Source of the DNA: Gammaproteobacteria bacterium
Lineage (GTDB): Bacteria > Pseudomonadota > Gammaproteobacteria > Magnimaribacterales > D2472
Direction of reading: 5' to 3'
DNA length: 64,000 bases
Assembly (NCBI GenBank): GCA_045564035.1
Contig: JBJLIA010000021.1
Location: 6,702 to 70,701 of the forward strand
This document shows positions 1 through 9,074 of this stretch, piece by piece. How positions within the stretch are numbered: the stretch's first letter is position 1; each line of letters begins with the position of its first letter. The notes beneath the pieces are model-generated. The model made no database searches, was not told the origin of the DNA, and was given only the letters and a program-made list of their open reading frames with translations. The position numbers and the translations under genes are program-made.

Positions 1-253
1 CAATTTCTTCATATTTTTTTGCTCCAAACAGCTGAGCTACTATTGGGGTTACAGCAAATAGACATCCACCAAGTAGAAAATAAAATGGCATGGAGAGTGC
101 GTTACCTATAGCCAGCCCAGATAAATCTAGCGCGCTTGCCCTTCCTGCAACTATTGTATCGGTAACTCCCATTCCCATATATGAAATTTGCGATCCATAG
201 ATAGGAAGACCTATTTTCAGTAATTGTTTTAGTTCTTTAAATAAATTTTTCAA
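1..253 (-). CDS. MATE family efflux transporter (NorM-like), N-terminal part; the gene continues beyond the left edge
   Basis: Minus-strand translation reads LKNLFKELKQLLKIGLPIYGSQISYMGMGVTDTIVAGRASALDLSGLAIGNALSMPFYFLLGGCLFAVTPIVAQLFGAKKYEEI. This parallels the NorM/MATE N-terminus (MG-VDT-MAG region). There is no ATG; TTG at 253 (alternatively TTG at 292) is the likely start. It is absent from the ORF track because the window edge truncates it. Confidence 0.7.
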   Translation of the reverse strand, partial: MKNLFKELKQLLKIGLPIYGSQISYMGMGVTDTIVAGRASALDLSGLAIGNALSMPFYFLLGGCLFAVTPIVAQLFGAKKYEEI

Positions 254-382
254 AAAAATAAGCCAGAAATTTCTCGGTACTTTATCATACAAGGACTAGA
301 TTAAAATCGGAGATGAAAAATTAGAAAAGATAGCCGCCCATATTGGTTAAAAAAGATTGCATCTAAATTAACTGTTCGATAT

Positions 383-1039
383 GTGAACAGATTTCTTAGG
401 CCCCAGTTTAAAAGCCTGGGCAAGGGACCTGTGTTTTTTAAACCAAGATATGTAAAGTTATTTGGTTCAAATATTTCAGTTGGTAATTTTCCAACATTCA
501 TTTCTGCGCCAGATGATTATATTCAAATTACCAGCTGGGATGCTGGTGAATGGCAAGGGAAAGTTGATATTGGTAATTATGTTCTCATCTCGCCTGGAGT
601 AAGAATCATGGCTGCTGAGAGTATCTTGATAGGAAATTCTTGTATGTTTGGTCATGGGGCATGCATAACTGATGCAGACTGGCATGGTATTTATGATAGA
701 ACCAAGGTAGTCGGAGATCCTAAGCCGGTAGTATTAGAAGAGAATGTTTGGATAGGCGAAGATGCCATGATTTGCAAAGGAGTAAAGATAGGAGCAAATA
801 GCATTGTAGGAGCTCGATCAGTCGTTACAAAAGATATTCCCAGAAATAGTATCTATGCTGGAAATCCTGCAGTGTTTATTAGGAATTTAGATGATCACGA
901 ATTTATAACGCGCGCAGATTTTTTTCAGGACCCAGCTAAGCTTGCTAAAGACTTTGACTTGCTTGATCGCTATACACTTGGTCAGAATTCTTTCCTAGGT
1001 TGGCTAAAAAGCATGATCTTTAGAAATAAATCCCATTGA
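383..1039 (+). CDS. Hexapeptide-repeat (left-handed beta-helix) acetyltransferase, maltose/galactoside O-acetyltransferase-like
   Basis: 218-aa ORF with a GTG start. The C-terminal half shows repeated [LIV]-G-x-x-x-x hexapeptides (VWIGEDAMICKGVKIGANSIVGARSVV..AGNPA). Confidence 0.75.
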   Translation: MNRFLRPQFKSLGKGPVFFKPRYVKLFGSNISVGNFPTFISAPDDYIQITSWDAGEWQGKVDIGNYVLISPGVRIMAAESILIGNSCMFGHGACITDADWHGIYDRTKVVGDPKPVVLEENVWIGEDAMICKGVKIGANSIVGARSVVTKDIPRNSIYAGNPAVFIRNLDDHEFITRADFFQDPAKLAKDFDLLDRYTLGQNSFLGWLKSMIFRNKSH

Positions 1040-2151
1040 TTAACATAGCTGCAGATTCGCAAATTCCTGAAATTAAAAACAGATTAGCCGAGTGTATCGA
1101 TGCTGATTATTCATTAAAGTATTTCGATCCAAATACTGTGTCTGTCAGCGATTTAAAAAAAATTGATGCCTTGTTAGTTCGCTCTACTCTTTTGGTTAAT
1201 CAAAGACTATGCGAGGGAACAAGGATTAGCTATGTTGCCTCTGCAACTGCAGGAATTAATCATTTAGATATAGGTTACTTAGATAGTCAAAATATTGCTT
1301 GGTCTCATGCGCCTGGATGCAATGCTTTTAGCGTTATTCATTATGTAATGGCTGCTATTGGAGAGTTGATAAAAGACGATCTTTTCAATGCCAGGCAGAG
1401 TATTGGAATAGTAGGCTATGGCAATATTGGGAGAAAATTATATAAAATTCTTAAGGCTTTAAAATTTGAAGTTTATGCATGTGATCCATTTCTATCAAAT
1501 GCGGAATTAGTAGACTTAGATACTGTGCTTGAATGTGATTTAATAACAGTTCATGCCCCCTTGTCTGAGAAAGGTCAACATCCAACATTTAATCTCATTA
1601 ATGAATCTCATATCAGGAAACTTTCAAAAAAAATCCTTATTAACACATCAAGAGGGGAGATCATATCCGAAGCTTTGGTTCTTAAAGCGCATGACTTAAT
1701 TTATATTTTTGATGTTTGGATTAATGAGCCTACACCAAGCCTCAAAATAATAAAAAAATCCTATATTGCAACCCCACATATCGCAGGCTATAGCATAGAG
1801 GGAAAGCTTAATGGAGCTAAAATTATTGCTGAGGAGTGTGCAAAAAAATTTGAATGCCTAAAGTCCAATTCAGCAAAATCTGTGTCATTTGCAGATTGGC
1901 CACATGGGTTTAAAAACATAGTAGAAGATATTTATAGAATGTCTTTCCCAGCCTCACTTTTTCATAAAGAGCTAGACTTAAAATTAATCTCAGATTCATT
2001 TAAAGCTTTACCAGGTAAAGATTTAGAAAAAGGCTTTAGATCTCTTAGAGAAAATCACCCACTAAGACACGATTTTAATTTTTATTCATTTACAGGTATG
2101 AATAAATTAGACGGAGAAATAAACCTCCAGTTTCTCAATGAATTAAGATGA
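1036..2151 (+). CDS. pdxB: Erythronate-4-phosphate dehydrogenase
   Basis: 371 aa. The N-terminus (ALLVRSTLLVNQRL..ISYVASATAGINHLD..SHAPGCNAFSV) matches the PdxB pattern (ALMVRSVTKVN..FVGTATAGTDHVD..APGCNA). It has a GxGxxG NAD fold (IGIVGYGNIGRKL). The TTG start overlaps the upstream stop by 4 nt. Confidence 0.8.
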   Translation: MINIAADSQIPEIKNRLAECIDADYSLKYFDPNTVSVSDLKKIDALLVRSTLLVNQRLCEGTRISYVASATAGINHLDIGYLDSQNIAWSHAPGCNAFSVIHYVMAAIGELIKDDLFNARQSIGIVGYGNIGRKLYKILKALKFEVYACDPFLSNAELVDLDTVLECDLITVHAPLSEKGQHPTFNLINESHIRKLSKKILINTSRGEIISEALVLKAHDLIYIFDVWINEPTPSLKIIKKSYIATPHIAGYSIEGKLNGAKIIAEECAKKFECLKSNSAKSVSFADWPHGFKNIVEDIYRMSFPASLFHKELDLKLISDSFKALPGKDLEKGFRSLRENHPLRHDFNFYSFTGMNKLDGEINLQFLNELR

Positions 2152-3567
2152 GCAGGAAATTTCTAAATTGTTTGCCCAATCTGGAGATCTATTAGCAAAA
2201 TATTCATATTTCTCTTGTTCATTATAGGGAGATGTAATTACTTCAATCAATGTTTCAAGTGGTAAGAAATCTGAATCTTCAGCTGCCTCTATAGCTTCTT
2301 GCGCCATATAATTTCTTAGAATATATTTTGGATTATTTGCCTTGATAAGCAATATTTTTTTAGCAATTGATGTGGGCTCTTTGCTCTGACGCTCTTGATA
2401 GGATTTGATCCAAGACATAGCAATATCTGAATCTAGTTCGTTTGTTTTAACTTCAGTTACAGCCTGAGCAAGATTCCTTAATGTATTTGTATAATCTAGT
2501 TTTTCAGACTCCATGATATCTAACAAACCTTGAATTAATTGAGCATCCCCATTAAACGATTTTGTAAATCCAAGTTTTTTTTGGTACAACTTTGCTAATT
2601 TATTTTGAAAAGTTGATTCATATGTCTTCAAAATCTCACTCTGACTTTCCTCAGAAATTAACGAGGATAATGCATGACCAAGAGCAGAGCAGTTCCATAA
2701 TCCTATATATGGCTGATTTTTAAATGCATATCTTCCTTGATGATCAGAGTGATTGCAGACATAACTAGGAAGGTAATCTTCCATAAATCCATAAGGACCA
2801 TAATCAAATGTCTCTCCTAAAATACTCATATTGTCAGTATTCATAACACCATGGCTAAAGCCAGAGGCTTGCCACTGCGCTATCATGCAAGCTGTGTAAT
2901 CTACAACTGACCTAAAGAACTCTTCATATTTATTTTTAGTACTTAAAAAGTAAGCAGGATATTTTTCAATACAAAAGTCAGCCAAAACTTTTACATACTC
3001 TGGTTTATTGTTGTAGTGAAAATATTCAAAATTACCAAATCTGATGTGTGTTTTAGCTGTTCTTGCAAGCATTGCTGCTGTTTCACTTTTTTCTCTTATA
3101 ACTACCTCATCACTCCCAATAATCATCAAAGCTCTTGAAGTTGGAATCGATAAAGCGTGCATTGCCTCTCCACATAAATACTCTCTAATTACAGATCTTA
3201 AAACAGCTCGACCATCTCCAAATCTAGAGTAGGGTGTTTTTCCAGCACCTTTAAGATGAATATCAATCAAACCGTCAGGTGAGTCTATCTCTCCAAGCAA
3301 CAGTCCTCTGCCATCTCCTAATTGCTCTACATATTGCCCAAATTGATGGCCAGCATAAGCCATTGATAAAGGCTTTAGATTTTCAATTGATAACACGCCA
3401 TTAAAAATATCTAAGAGAGCTTGTGAGTCAATATTTTTCAAACCCAATTCTTTTTTTAGTTGAGCATTTTCAATAACTAATGAGGGATTATTAAATCCAT
3501 CCCATGTTTGACGATTATGGAATAATGCAGGAAGCTCAGCAAAAGCGTGAGGTTTAAAAGGAGTCAT
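2143..3567 (-). CDS. selO: Protein adenylyltransferase SelO (YdiU/UPF0061 family)
   Basis: 474 aa containing the SelO hallmarks MAYAGHQFGQYVEQLGDGRGLLLGE and GVMNTDNMSILGETFDYGP. Its 3' end overlaps the convergent pdxB by 9 nt. Confidence 0.85.
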   Translation of the reverse strand: MTPFKPHAFAELPALFHNRQTWDGFNNPSLVIENAQLKKELGLKNIDSQALLDIFNGVLSIENLKPLSMAYAGHQFGQYVEQLGDGRGLLLGEIDSPDGLIDIHLKGAGKTPYSRFGDGRAVLRSVIREYLCGEAMHALSIPTSRALMIIGSDEVVIREKSETAAMLARTAKTHIRFGNFEYFHYNNKPEYVKVLADFCIEKYPAYFLSTKNKYEEFFRSVVDYTACMIAQWQASGFSHGVMNTDNMSILGETFDYGPYGFMEDYLPSYVCNHSDHQGRYAFKNQPYIGLWNCSALGHALSSLISEESQSEILKTYESTFQNKLAKLYQKKLGFTKSFNGDAQLIQGLLDIMESEKLDYTNTLRNLAQAVTEVKTNELDSDIAMSWIKSYQERQSKEPTSIAKKILLIKANNPKYILRNYMAQEAIEAAEDSDFLPLETLIEVITSPYNEQEKYEYFANRSPDWANNLEISCSS

Positions 3568-4590
3568 TTATCCTTTTGCAATTTGAATTAAATTACTGAC
3601 ATGTTCGTCTTTTGAATGATCGGTACCTAAATGCTCAACTTCATTCCACATGGCTGCACTACAAATTGGACCAAGATCATTTTTTAAGCTGTTAGCTACC
3701 TCTTTACCAGTGCCACAGAATCCCAAAGTTTCAACCATATCATCAGTGACTAAAGCAAACATTTCTTCCCATTTTCCTTCTACAGATAACTTATGCAAAG
3801 CTTCATTTATATCTCCCCATCCATGAAAATCTAGAGCTGGTCTATAAGTTCTAGTTGAAGCATAAAAACTAATTCTTGCTGCAATATTCCGTTTAGCTAT
3901 TTTGAGGTCCTCTTCTGTCTCACCGGTGGCAATAAACCCACCCCAAAGTAATTCACATTCCTTAGGGTCTCTGTTGGACTTCCTTGCACCTTCAATCACT
4001 GCTGGCAAAATAACATCATTGATATATTGTGGGGAGCACATTGGATGAAGCAACAATCCATCAGCTACCTCACCGGCAACTCTTGCCATTCCAGGCCCTA
4101 GTCCAGAAACATAGATAGGCGGTGCATCATAATCCATTGGGGGAGGTGTAAACATTGGTGTCATAAGGGTATGTGTATAATGCTCTCCTTGAAAATCTAG
4201 TTTTTCTCCTGTTTTCCAGGTATTCCAAATTGCTTTAACAGCTAGAATATATTCTCGCATTCTAGGCGCTGGGGGAGACCAGGGAACACTAAACCTTCTC
4301 TCATTATGCCCTTTTACTTGAGTGCCTAAGCCTAGTTGAAAACGACCATCGCCAAAAGATTGCAAGTCCCAGCCCATATTTGCAACAGTCATTGGGCTTC
4401 TTGGGAAAGCTATTGCCAGTCCAGTCCTAACAATCATTTTCTTTGAATGTTCTAATCCAAGCAGAACAGGAAGGAAGGGTTCATTGTTTAGCTCTCCGGA
4501 AACAAGCGCATCATATCCAAGAGACTCAGCATGCTTCACTATCTCAATTGTATTTTTCGATAAACCAGGTATGTATGTTTCTATTCTCAT
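3568..4590 (-). CDS. Luciferase-like monooxygenase (LLM) family oxidoreductase
   Basis: LLM/F420-type TIM-barrel oxidoreductase pattern (GYDALVSGELNNEPF.., RFQLGLGTQVKGHNERRF). I moved the start to ATG 4590 (MRIETYIPG..) because the first 15 track codons overlap the upstream synthetase, whose stop is at 4593. The gene abuts selO with zero gap. Confidence 0.7.
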   Translation of the reverse strand: MRIETYIPGLSKNTIEIVKHAESLGYDALVSGELNNEPFLPVLLGLEHSKKMIVRTGLAIAFPRSPMTVANMGWDLQSFGDGRFQLGLGTQVKGHNERRFSVPWSPPAPRMREYILAVKAIWNTWKTGEKLDFQGEHYTHTLMTPMFTPPPMDYDAPPIYVSGLGPGMARVAGEVADGLLLHPMCSPQYINDVILPAVIEGARKSNRDPKECELLWGGFIATGETEEDLKIAKRNIAARISFYASTRTYRPALDFHGWGDINEALHKLSVEGKWEEMFALVTDDMVETLGFCGTGKEVANSLKNDLGPICSAAMWNEVEHLGTDHSKDEHVSNLIQIAKG

Positions 4591-4592
4591 AT

Positions 4593-6227
4593 TTATTTTA
4601 TGTTTAATTTTAAGTTTGCAAACTGTTGAGCCCACTGATAATTAGGCTTTCCCGAGGGGGCTCTTTCAATCAAATCAGAAAAAACAATTGCTTTTGGCAT
4701 TTTGTAGCTAGCAATATATTTTGAAGCACTTTCTTTAATTTCTTCAACAGAGAGATCAATCTCTTCTCTCCTTTGAATAACAGCCACTACTTTTTGCCCC
4801 CATGTTTCATCTTTTACGCCAACAACAAGACAATCAAATATATTTGGATGGGATTTCAATGCCATCTCTACTTCCTCTGGAAATATTTTCTCTCCACCAG
4901 AATTAATAGAAACGCTTCCTCTACCTAGAAGGGTCATCTGACCATCTTTTTCATATTTAGCCATATCTCCAGGTATTGAATACCTCTCACCGTTGACTTC
5001 AATAAAAGTTTTTTCAGATTTTTCTTTATCCTTATAGTAAGCAACTGGCACATGACCTTTTCTTGCTAAATATCCAATTGTTTCCGTGTCATTAGGTTCA
5101 ATTACTTCCAAAGTTTCAAGATTTAAAATTTCACTAAAACTTGGCTTTGTAAATTTTGGACCTCCGCCTGAGTCTTTTAATTTTCCGTCTTTTGTATGAA
5201 TATTTACACCCGTTGCTCCAGTTTCAGAGGAGCCAACAGCATCTATAAGAAACAGATTAGGAAGATATTCCAAGATCGTGTCTTTTATAGACGCACTAAA
5301 GACTGAAGCAGTGCTTGCTAGAACAAATAGTGATGACAGATCCAAGCCTTTTTCTAAAGCTGAGGGCAGGGCATCACACAATGGTCGTCCCATAGCATCC
5401 CCTGTAATGGTGAGATTCATTACTTTTTCTTTAGCAATCATTTCCCAAATGTAATCCGCGTCAAACGAAATCTGATCATTAATGATGAATTTCCAGCCTG
5501 AAAAAAAAGCATTGAATGATTGCCATTGAGCAGCTCCATGCATTAGTGGAGCTAATGCAAGAGCAGTTGTTTGGTCTTGTAAGCATTTATCTGCAAATGC
5601 TTCTGGTGTGGAATATTTTTCTCCTGTTACTGCATCAATTCCACCTCCAAGAGTCATTAGCACATCTTCCATACGCCAGACAACACCCTTAGGCATACCG
5701 GTGGTTCCACCTGTATAAAGTATATATTTATCATCGCCAGATCTTTCAACACACAACCTTGATTGGCTTTCATTGGAGATAAGATTTTCAAAATCATGAC
5801 TTTTTTCTATAACATCGTCAGCATCTGAATCATCATTAATACAAATAAAATCTTTTAGTATAGGCAGGTCATTTTTAATATTGTTAAGCTTTGTACCAAA
5901 TTGTTTATGATAAAAAATAGCTTCCATATCTGCGTTATCAATTAAATACTTGAGCTCTTCTTCGACGTATCTATAATTAATATTTATGGGAATTGCACAT
6001 AATTTATATGCTCCAAGCATGACTTCTAGCCACTCTATGCAATTGAAGGCATAGATCCCTATATGACTACCTTTTTTTATTCCAAGTTTTTTTAAGGCAT
6101 TTGCTGCTTTATTAGTTCGAGCATCTAACTCTCTATAAGTTAGCCTAGTAGTTCCCAAAACCACTGCTTCTCTATCAGGGATCCTGTCAACAACTCCCTC
6201 AAATATGTCAGCGGCATTAAACTCCAT
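4593..6227 (-). CDS. AMP-dependent synthetase/ligase (acyl-CoA synthetase family)
   Basis: 544 aa with the adenylate-forming core motif YTGGTTGMPKGV, plus GDMAKYEKDG and the C-terminal PSGKPNY. Confidence 0.8.
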   Translation of the reverse strand: MEFNAADIFEGVVDRIPDREAVVLGTTRLTYRELDARTNKAANALKKLGIKKGSHIGIYAFNCIEWLEVMLGAYKLCAIPININYRYVEEELKYLIDNADMEAIFYHKQFGTKLNNIKNDLPILKDFICINDDSDADDVIEKSHDFENLISNESQSRLCVERSGDDKYILYTGGTTGMPKGVVWRMEDVLMTLGGGIDAVTGEKYSTPEAFADKCLQDQTTALALAPLMHGAAQWQSFNAFFSGWKFIINDQISFDADYIWEMIAKEKVMNLTITGDAMGRPLCDALPSALEKGLDLSSLFVLASTASVFSASIKDTILEYLPNLFLIDAVGSSETGATGVNIHTKDGKLKDSGGGPKFTKPSFSEILNLETLEVIEPNDTETIGYLARKGHVPVAYYKDKEKSEKTFIEVNGERYSIPGDMAKYEKDGQMTLLGRGSVSINSGGEKIFPEEVEMALKSHPNIFDCLVVGVKDETWGQKVVAVIQRREEIDLSVEEIKESASKYIASYKMPKAIVFSDLIERAPSGKPNYQWAQQFANLKLNIK

Positions 6228-7801
6228 TAGACATTTGATGAATGTTCTTCCCAGTAGGGGTCTCGCAGCCTTCGTTTATATAATTTACCATTTTCATCCC
6301 TAGGTAATTTGTTGATAAAATCTATACTTCGAGGCAATTTCATTTTTGCTAAATTTTCTTGAGCAAATTTCATCAATTCAGTTAGTAACTCATCTGATGA
6401 TTGATGTTCAGCATTCAACTCTATGACTGCCTTAACTTCCTCGCCCCATTCTTCATTAGGTATTCCAAATACAGCAACATCAGCAACAGCTGGATGCATC
6501 AGAAATGCGCTTTCTATTTCTGCTGGATATATATTTGCTCCACCAGAAATAATCATATCTATCTTTCTATCACACAAAAATAAATATCCTTCATCATTTA
6601 AGTATCCGATATCACCAACAGTAAAATAAACCTGATCATCAATGACGAGCCTTTCTTTCTTTGTTTTAATCTGATCTCCCTTGTACTCGAACTTAGTTGC
6701 TTCCCCTAGCTTCATATAGACCGTGCCTTGATTATCCGTGGAAGCTTCGCTCCCGTCATCATTTATAATTTTAATATCTGCTCCCGGCCAAGCCTGCCCA
6801 ACAGTTCCAGGAAATTTTGACCATGACTCAGCATCAACAACTGTTCCACCACCCTCTGTAGCTGCATAATATTCCCAAATAGAATTACCCCACCATTTGA
6901 TCATTTCTTGTTTTGTGTGAATTGGGCAGGGTGCAGCAGCATGAATCATGGCGCGCGTTGATGAGCAGTCAAATTTACTCTTTATTTCATCTGGGAGTTG
7001 GAGCAGTCTATGAAATTGGGTCGGAACCATATGACTAGTTGTAACTTTGTATTTATCTATAAGATAAAGCATCTTTTCAGCTTCAAATTTCTCCATTAAT
7101 ACAACTGAATGTCCATAATGAAGAGCAGCTGTTGAATGCACTAAAACCGCTGTGTGATAAAGAGGAGATCCGACAATATGCACATTATTTTCTTGAGGTT
7201 GAATCTCAAAGAAGCTCAGTATCATTGCAAACATACTCAAAATATCATCTGGCTCTCCTGGAACTAAAGATCGTTTTACGCCTTTTGGCTTGCCAGTTGT
7301 TCCGGAGGTGTAGTTCATTACTTGTCCAGCAGTTCTGTTCTCAGGATTTGAATCAGGATAAGCGTTAACAAAATCATCTAAATGGATAAAGCCTTCCATT
7401 GGAGTGGTGCTGATACAGGCTTCTGATGGAAAATTGATAGCTGAAACGGCTTTCTGACAAGCATCTTCCATTGCTGAAATTTCACCAGAAGCAATGAAAG
7501 CCTTGGCCCCAGAGTCTTCTAGAATATATGCAATTTCAGGTCCTGCTAAATGCCAATTGATTGGCACCATATAAAAACCAGACTGTGCACAGGCTAGATA
7601 AGCGATGTAGTATTCAACTGAATTAGGCAAGACGGTTGCAACAACATCCCCTTCTTGAACTCCGAAGTCTCTCAGCGCATGGGTTAATCGATTAGTTTTT
7701 GCAAGTAGCTCGCCTCTGGACCAAGCTTTTTCAGCTGGGTCAATAATGGCAATTTCATCTGGCTGAGCATTTGCAAATCTATAGAATCCTAAATCACTCA
7801 T
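6227..7801 (-). CDS. AMP-dependent synthetase/ligase (acyl-CoA synthetase family), second copy in tandem
   Basis: 524 aa with YTSGTTGKPKGV, YYAATEGGG, GDIGYLDEGYLFLCDR and the C-terminal NGKLYKR. Its stop overlaps the start of the downstream synthetase by 1 nt. Confidence 0.8.
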   Translation of the reverse strand: MSDLGFYRFANAQPDEIAIIDPAEKAWSRGELLAKTNRLTHALRDFGVQEGDVVATVLPNSVEYYIAYLACAQSGFYMVPINWHLAGPEIAYILEDSGAKAFIASGEISAMEDACQKAVSAINFPSEACISTTPMEGFIHLDDFVNAYPDSNPENRTAGQVMNYTSGTTGKPKGVKRSLVPGEPDDILSMFAMILSFFEIQPQENNVHIVGSPLYHTAVLVHSTAALHYGHSVVLMEKFEAEKMLYLIDKYKVTTSHMVPTQFHRLLQLPDEIKSKFDCSSTRAMIHAAAPCPIHTKQEMIKWWGNSIWEYYAATEGGGTVVDAESWSKFPGTVGQAWPGADIKIINDDGSEASTDNQGTVYMKLGEATKFEYKGDQIKTKKERLVIDDQVYFTVGDIGYLNDEGYLFLCDRKIDMIISGGANIYPAEIESAFLMHPAVADVAVFGIPNEEWGEEVKAVIELNAEHQSSDELLTELMKFAQENLAKMKLPRSIDFINKLPRDENGKLYKRRLRDPYWEEHSSNV

Positions 7802-7901
7802 TTATCTCTCTTCTTAAATTAAATTAGTTTAATAATTCTAACTTTGGTAATGCATTAATGTAACCTAATAATTAAAATATTTATGTAATAATAATTCCCA
7901 A

Positions 7902-8624
7902 ATGGACTATCTGCTCAGTAATTTTAATCAAGAAACACTATGGTTGTTGGTAGTTTTTTATGATCTATCTTTAGCTATTTTTCTCTATAGGTTCTTTGGA
8001 AAGTATGGGCTTTATTGTGCAGTAATTCTTGGAATAGTGCTTGGTAATCTTCAAGGCGGAAAAGTAAGTGAATTGACAATATTGGGCATGCAATTCAATG
8101 TCAGCATGGGAGCAATTTTATACTCAGGTATTTATTTTGCTACAGATTTATTGAATGAAAAGTTTGGAAAAGATGAGGCTAATCGAGCCGTAATGCTTGG
8201 ATTTGTTGCAAACATAGCAGTAATGCTAACTTTAGTACTGAGTACGAAGTTCCTTCCATCTGATTTAACTGGCTCAGCTGCAGAAGTCCACGAAGCTATT
8301 TCCGTTCTCGCATATTATTCACCTATTTTTATTATTGGATCTCTGACTGCATATCTAGCTAGTCAAAGGTTTGATGTATGGTTTTTTCACTATCTAAAAA
8401 AGCGAACAAATGGAAAAAAGTTATGGCTTAGAAATAATCTATCAACAATGGTGTCACAACTAATAGATACGCTCATTTATCAATTTACTTGGGTGCTTGC
8501 AACAGACTTAACATTTACTCAGGCTTTTAGTATTTCCGTCGCAAAGTACGTTATAAAAGTATTTATTGCTCTTATAGATACAGTTTTTATTTATTGGGTA
8601 AGAAATTGGGAAATTAAATCTTAG
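7902..8624 (+). CDS. yhhQ: Queuosine precursor transporter (YhhQ/COG1738, VUT family)
   Basis: 240-aa polytopic membrane protein. FATDLLNEKFG, RFDVWFFHYLK, LWLRNNLSTMVSQLIDTLIY and KYVIKV align with E. coli YhhQ as I recall it. Confidence 0.7.
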   Translation: MDYLLSNFNQETLWLLVVFYDLSLAIFLYRFFGKYGLYCAVILGIVLGNLQGGKVSELTILGMQFNVSMGAILYSGIYFATDLLNEKFGKDEANRAVMLGFVANIAVMLTLVLSTKFLPSDLTGSAAEVHEAISVLAYYSPIFIIGSLTAYLASQRFDVWFFHYLKKRTNGKKLWLRNNLSTMVSQLIDTLIYQFTWVLATDLTFTQAFSISVAKYVIKVFIALIDTVFIYWVRNWEIKS

Positions 8625-8675
8625 CCTTGGAAACGAAGGTATGGATTATACTTATTGAAATAATTTTATTTATTA

Positions 8676-9074
8676 ATGTTTAAAAAATCAAAAGAAGACT
8701 TAAAAAAAGAACTTTCACCTGAGTCATATTACGTTACCCAGGAAAGTGGAACAGAGCGGCCATTTACAGGTCAGTATTGGGATCATGTTGAGGACGGAGT
8801 ATACAATTGCGTATGCTGCGGTGAAAAACTTTTTAAATCTGAAACAAAGTTTGATGCAGGGTGCGGTTGGCCTAGTTTTTATGAAGCAACCAATAATAAT
8901 AAAATTAATGAGATAGAGGATTATTCCCTTTTAAGAGTAAGAACTGAAATCAGATGCTCAAAATGTGATGCTCATCTTGGCCATGTTTTTACTGATGGAC
9001 CTCAGCCAACAGGTTTAAGGTATTGTGTTAATTCAGCAGCTTTGGATTTTAAAAAAGAAATACCTTCAAATTAA
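8676..9074 (+). CDS. msrB: Peptide-methionine (R)-S-oxide reductase
   Basis: 132 aa with two CxxC zinc motifs ([21 protein letters not shown]) and RYCVNS with the catalytic Cys. Confidence 0.9.
   Translation: MFKKSKEDLKKELSPESYYVTQESGTERPFTGQYWDHVEDGVYNCVCCGEKLFKSETKFDAGCGWPSFYEATNNNKINEIEDYSLLRVRTEIRCSKCDAHLGHVFTDGPQPTGLRYCVNSAALDFKKEIPSN

Noticed and set aside
7802-7901. Possible preQ1 riboswitch upstream of the queuosine-precursor transporter yhhQ
   Set aside because: I looked for a short hairpin followed by an A-rich tail ending in CUA (preQ1-I type) and for larger pseudoknot candidates. The 100-nt spacer has no convincing stem and no such tail.
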